The position numbers and the translations under genes are program-made. The notes beneath the pieces are model-generated. The model was not told the DNA's origin, made no database searches, and saw only the letters and a program-made list of their open reading frames with translations. A DNA stretch of 63,833 nucleotides, the filler included, from Kipferlia bialata (taxonomy: Eukaryota), in the NCBI GenBank assembly GCA_003568945.1. It is 7 parts of 6 records of this genome, joined end to end, with 100 filler letters (N's around TTAATTAATTAA, not from the genome) between each part and the next. Parts side by side here need not be neighbours in the genome. Positions count along the whole stretch, not along the records: positions 61,585 to 63,833 come from BDIP01001113.1; 6 more parts are not named here. One strand, written 5' to 3'. Below are positions 63,387 to 63,833 of the stretch, piece after piece. Positions within the stretch are counted from its first letter, which is position 1; every line of letters starts with the position of its first letter.

Positions 63387-63790
63387 ATGCCGGGTGCCAT
63401 TCTCTACACCTCCCGGGGTGAGGGGCATGTGCTGTCCTTGGAGGACCTGCCGGACCTGCCCCCCTACCAGCGGATAGTCAAGAGCTGTGAGCACATGGGC
63501 TCTGAGGTGGCCACCCCTGAGCAGGTATGTACACATGGGTGGGATGGAGTGTATAGTGATAGTGATTATGTTAATGCATCTTGCGTCTCCCCTGCGCCTT
63601 CCCTGTACTCTGCTTATTGCGCTGTGCAGTTTGTGTCTCTATTTGTCTTTTTGTTTCTCTCTCTCTCTCTCTCTGACCCCCAGATCCGGGATGCCCTGTC
63701 CACCCTCATGGTCACCCCCCCCAACATGGCACTGGAGCAGGAGTCTCTGCCAGGCAGCCTCACTGCACAGCTGGTACAGAGCACCCCAAA
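63387..63790 (+). CDS. First two exons of an unknown gene
   Basis: MPGAILYTSRGEGHVLSLEDLP...TPEQ|IRDALSTLMVTPP... with a GTATGT donor and a CCCCAG acceptor. Confidence 0.5.
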
Positions 63791-63833
63791 GTATGGATCC
63801 ACATGTATCTCTCCCCCCCCCCCCCGCCCCCCC

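Noticed and set aside
1..63833. tRNA, rRNA, snRNA, or transposase/reverse-transcriptase genes
   Set aside because: None recognised by eye. Divergent ncRNAs cannot be excluded without tRNAscan-SE or Infernal.

Overview
Eukaryotic draft-assembly DNA: seven contig pieces joined by artificial 100-nt spacers (44 N + TTAATTAATTAA + 44 N). The GT-AG introns are short and filled with (CT)n/(TA)n. The branch point sits close to the 3' splice site, and there are ER-rich coding tracts, flagellar genes and the standard genetic code. This fits a free-living fornicate (metamonad) such as Kipferlia bialata (inferred, not searched). I spliced about 22 genes by hand. They include U1A/U2B''-type RRM, an SLC38A9-like and a second Aa_trans transporter, CCDC39, Pierce1/2-like, Rae1/Bub3-like WD40, Sec24, dephospho-CoA kinase, CSE1/exportin-2, sterol glucosyltransferase, a CEPT-like protein lacking its catalytic motif, an NDNF-like type I membrane protein, and a long membrane-associated Pirh2/RCHY1-type E3 ligase. 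The most striking unexplained structure is a system of intronic 'exon echoes'. Many introns carry partial copies of the neighbouring exon end together with its splice site, in a consistent polarity. These non-coding copies differ from the true exon almost only at synonymous codon positions. I saw no tRNA, rRNA, CRISPR array or recognisable transposase.
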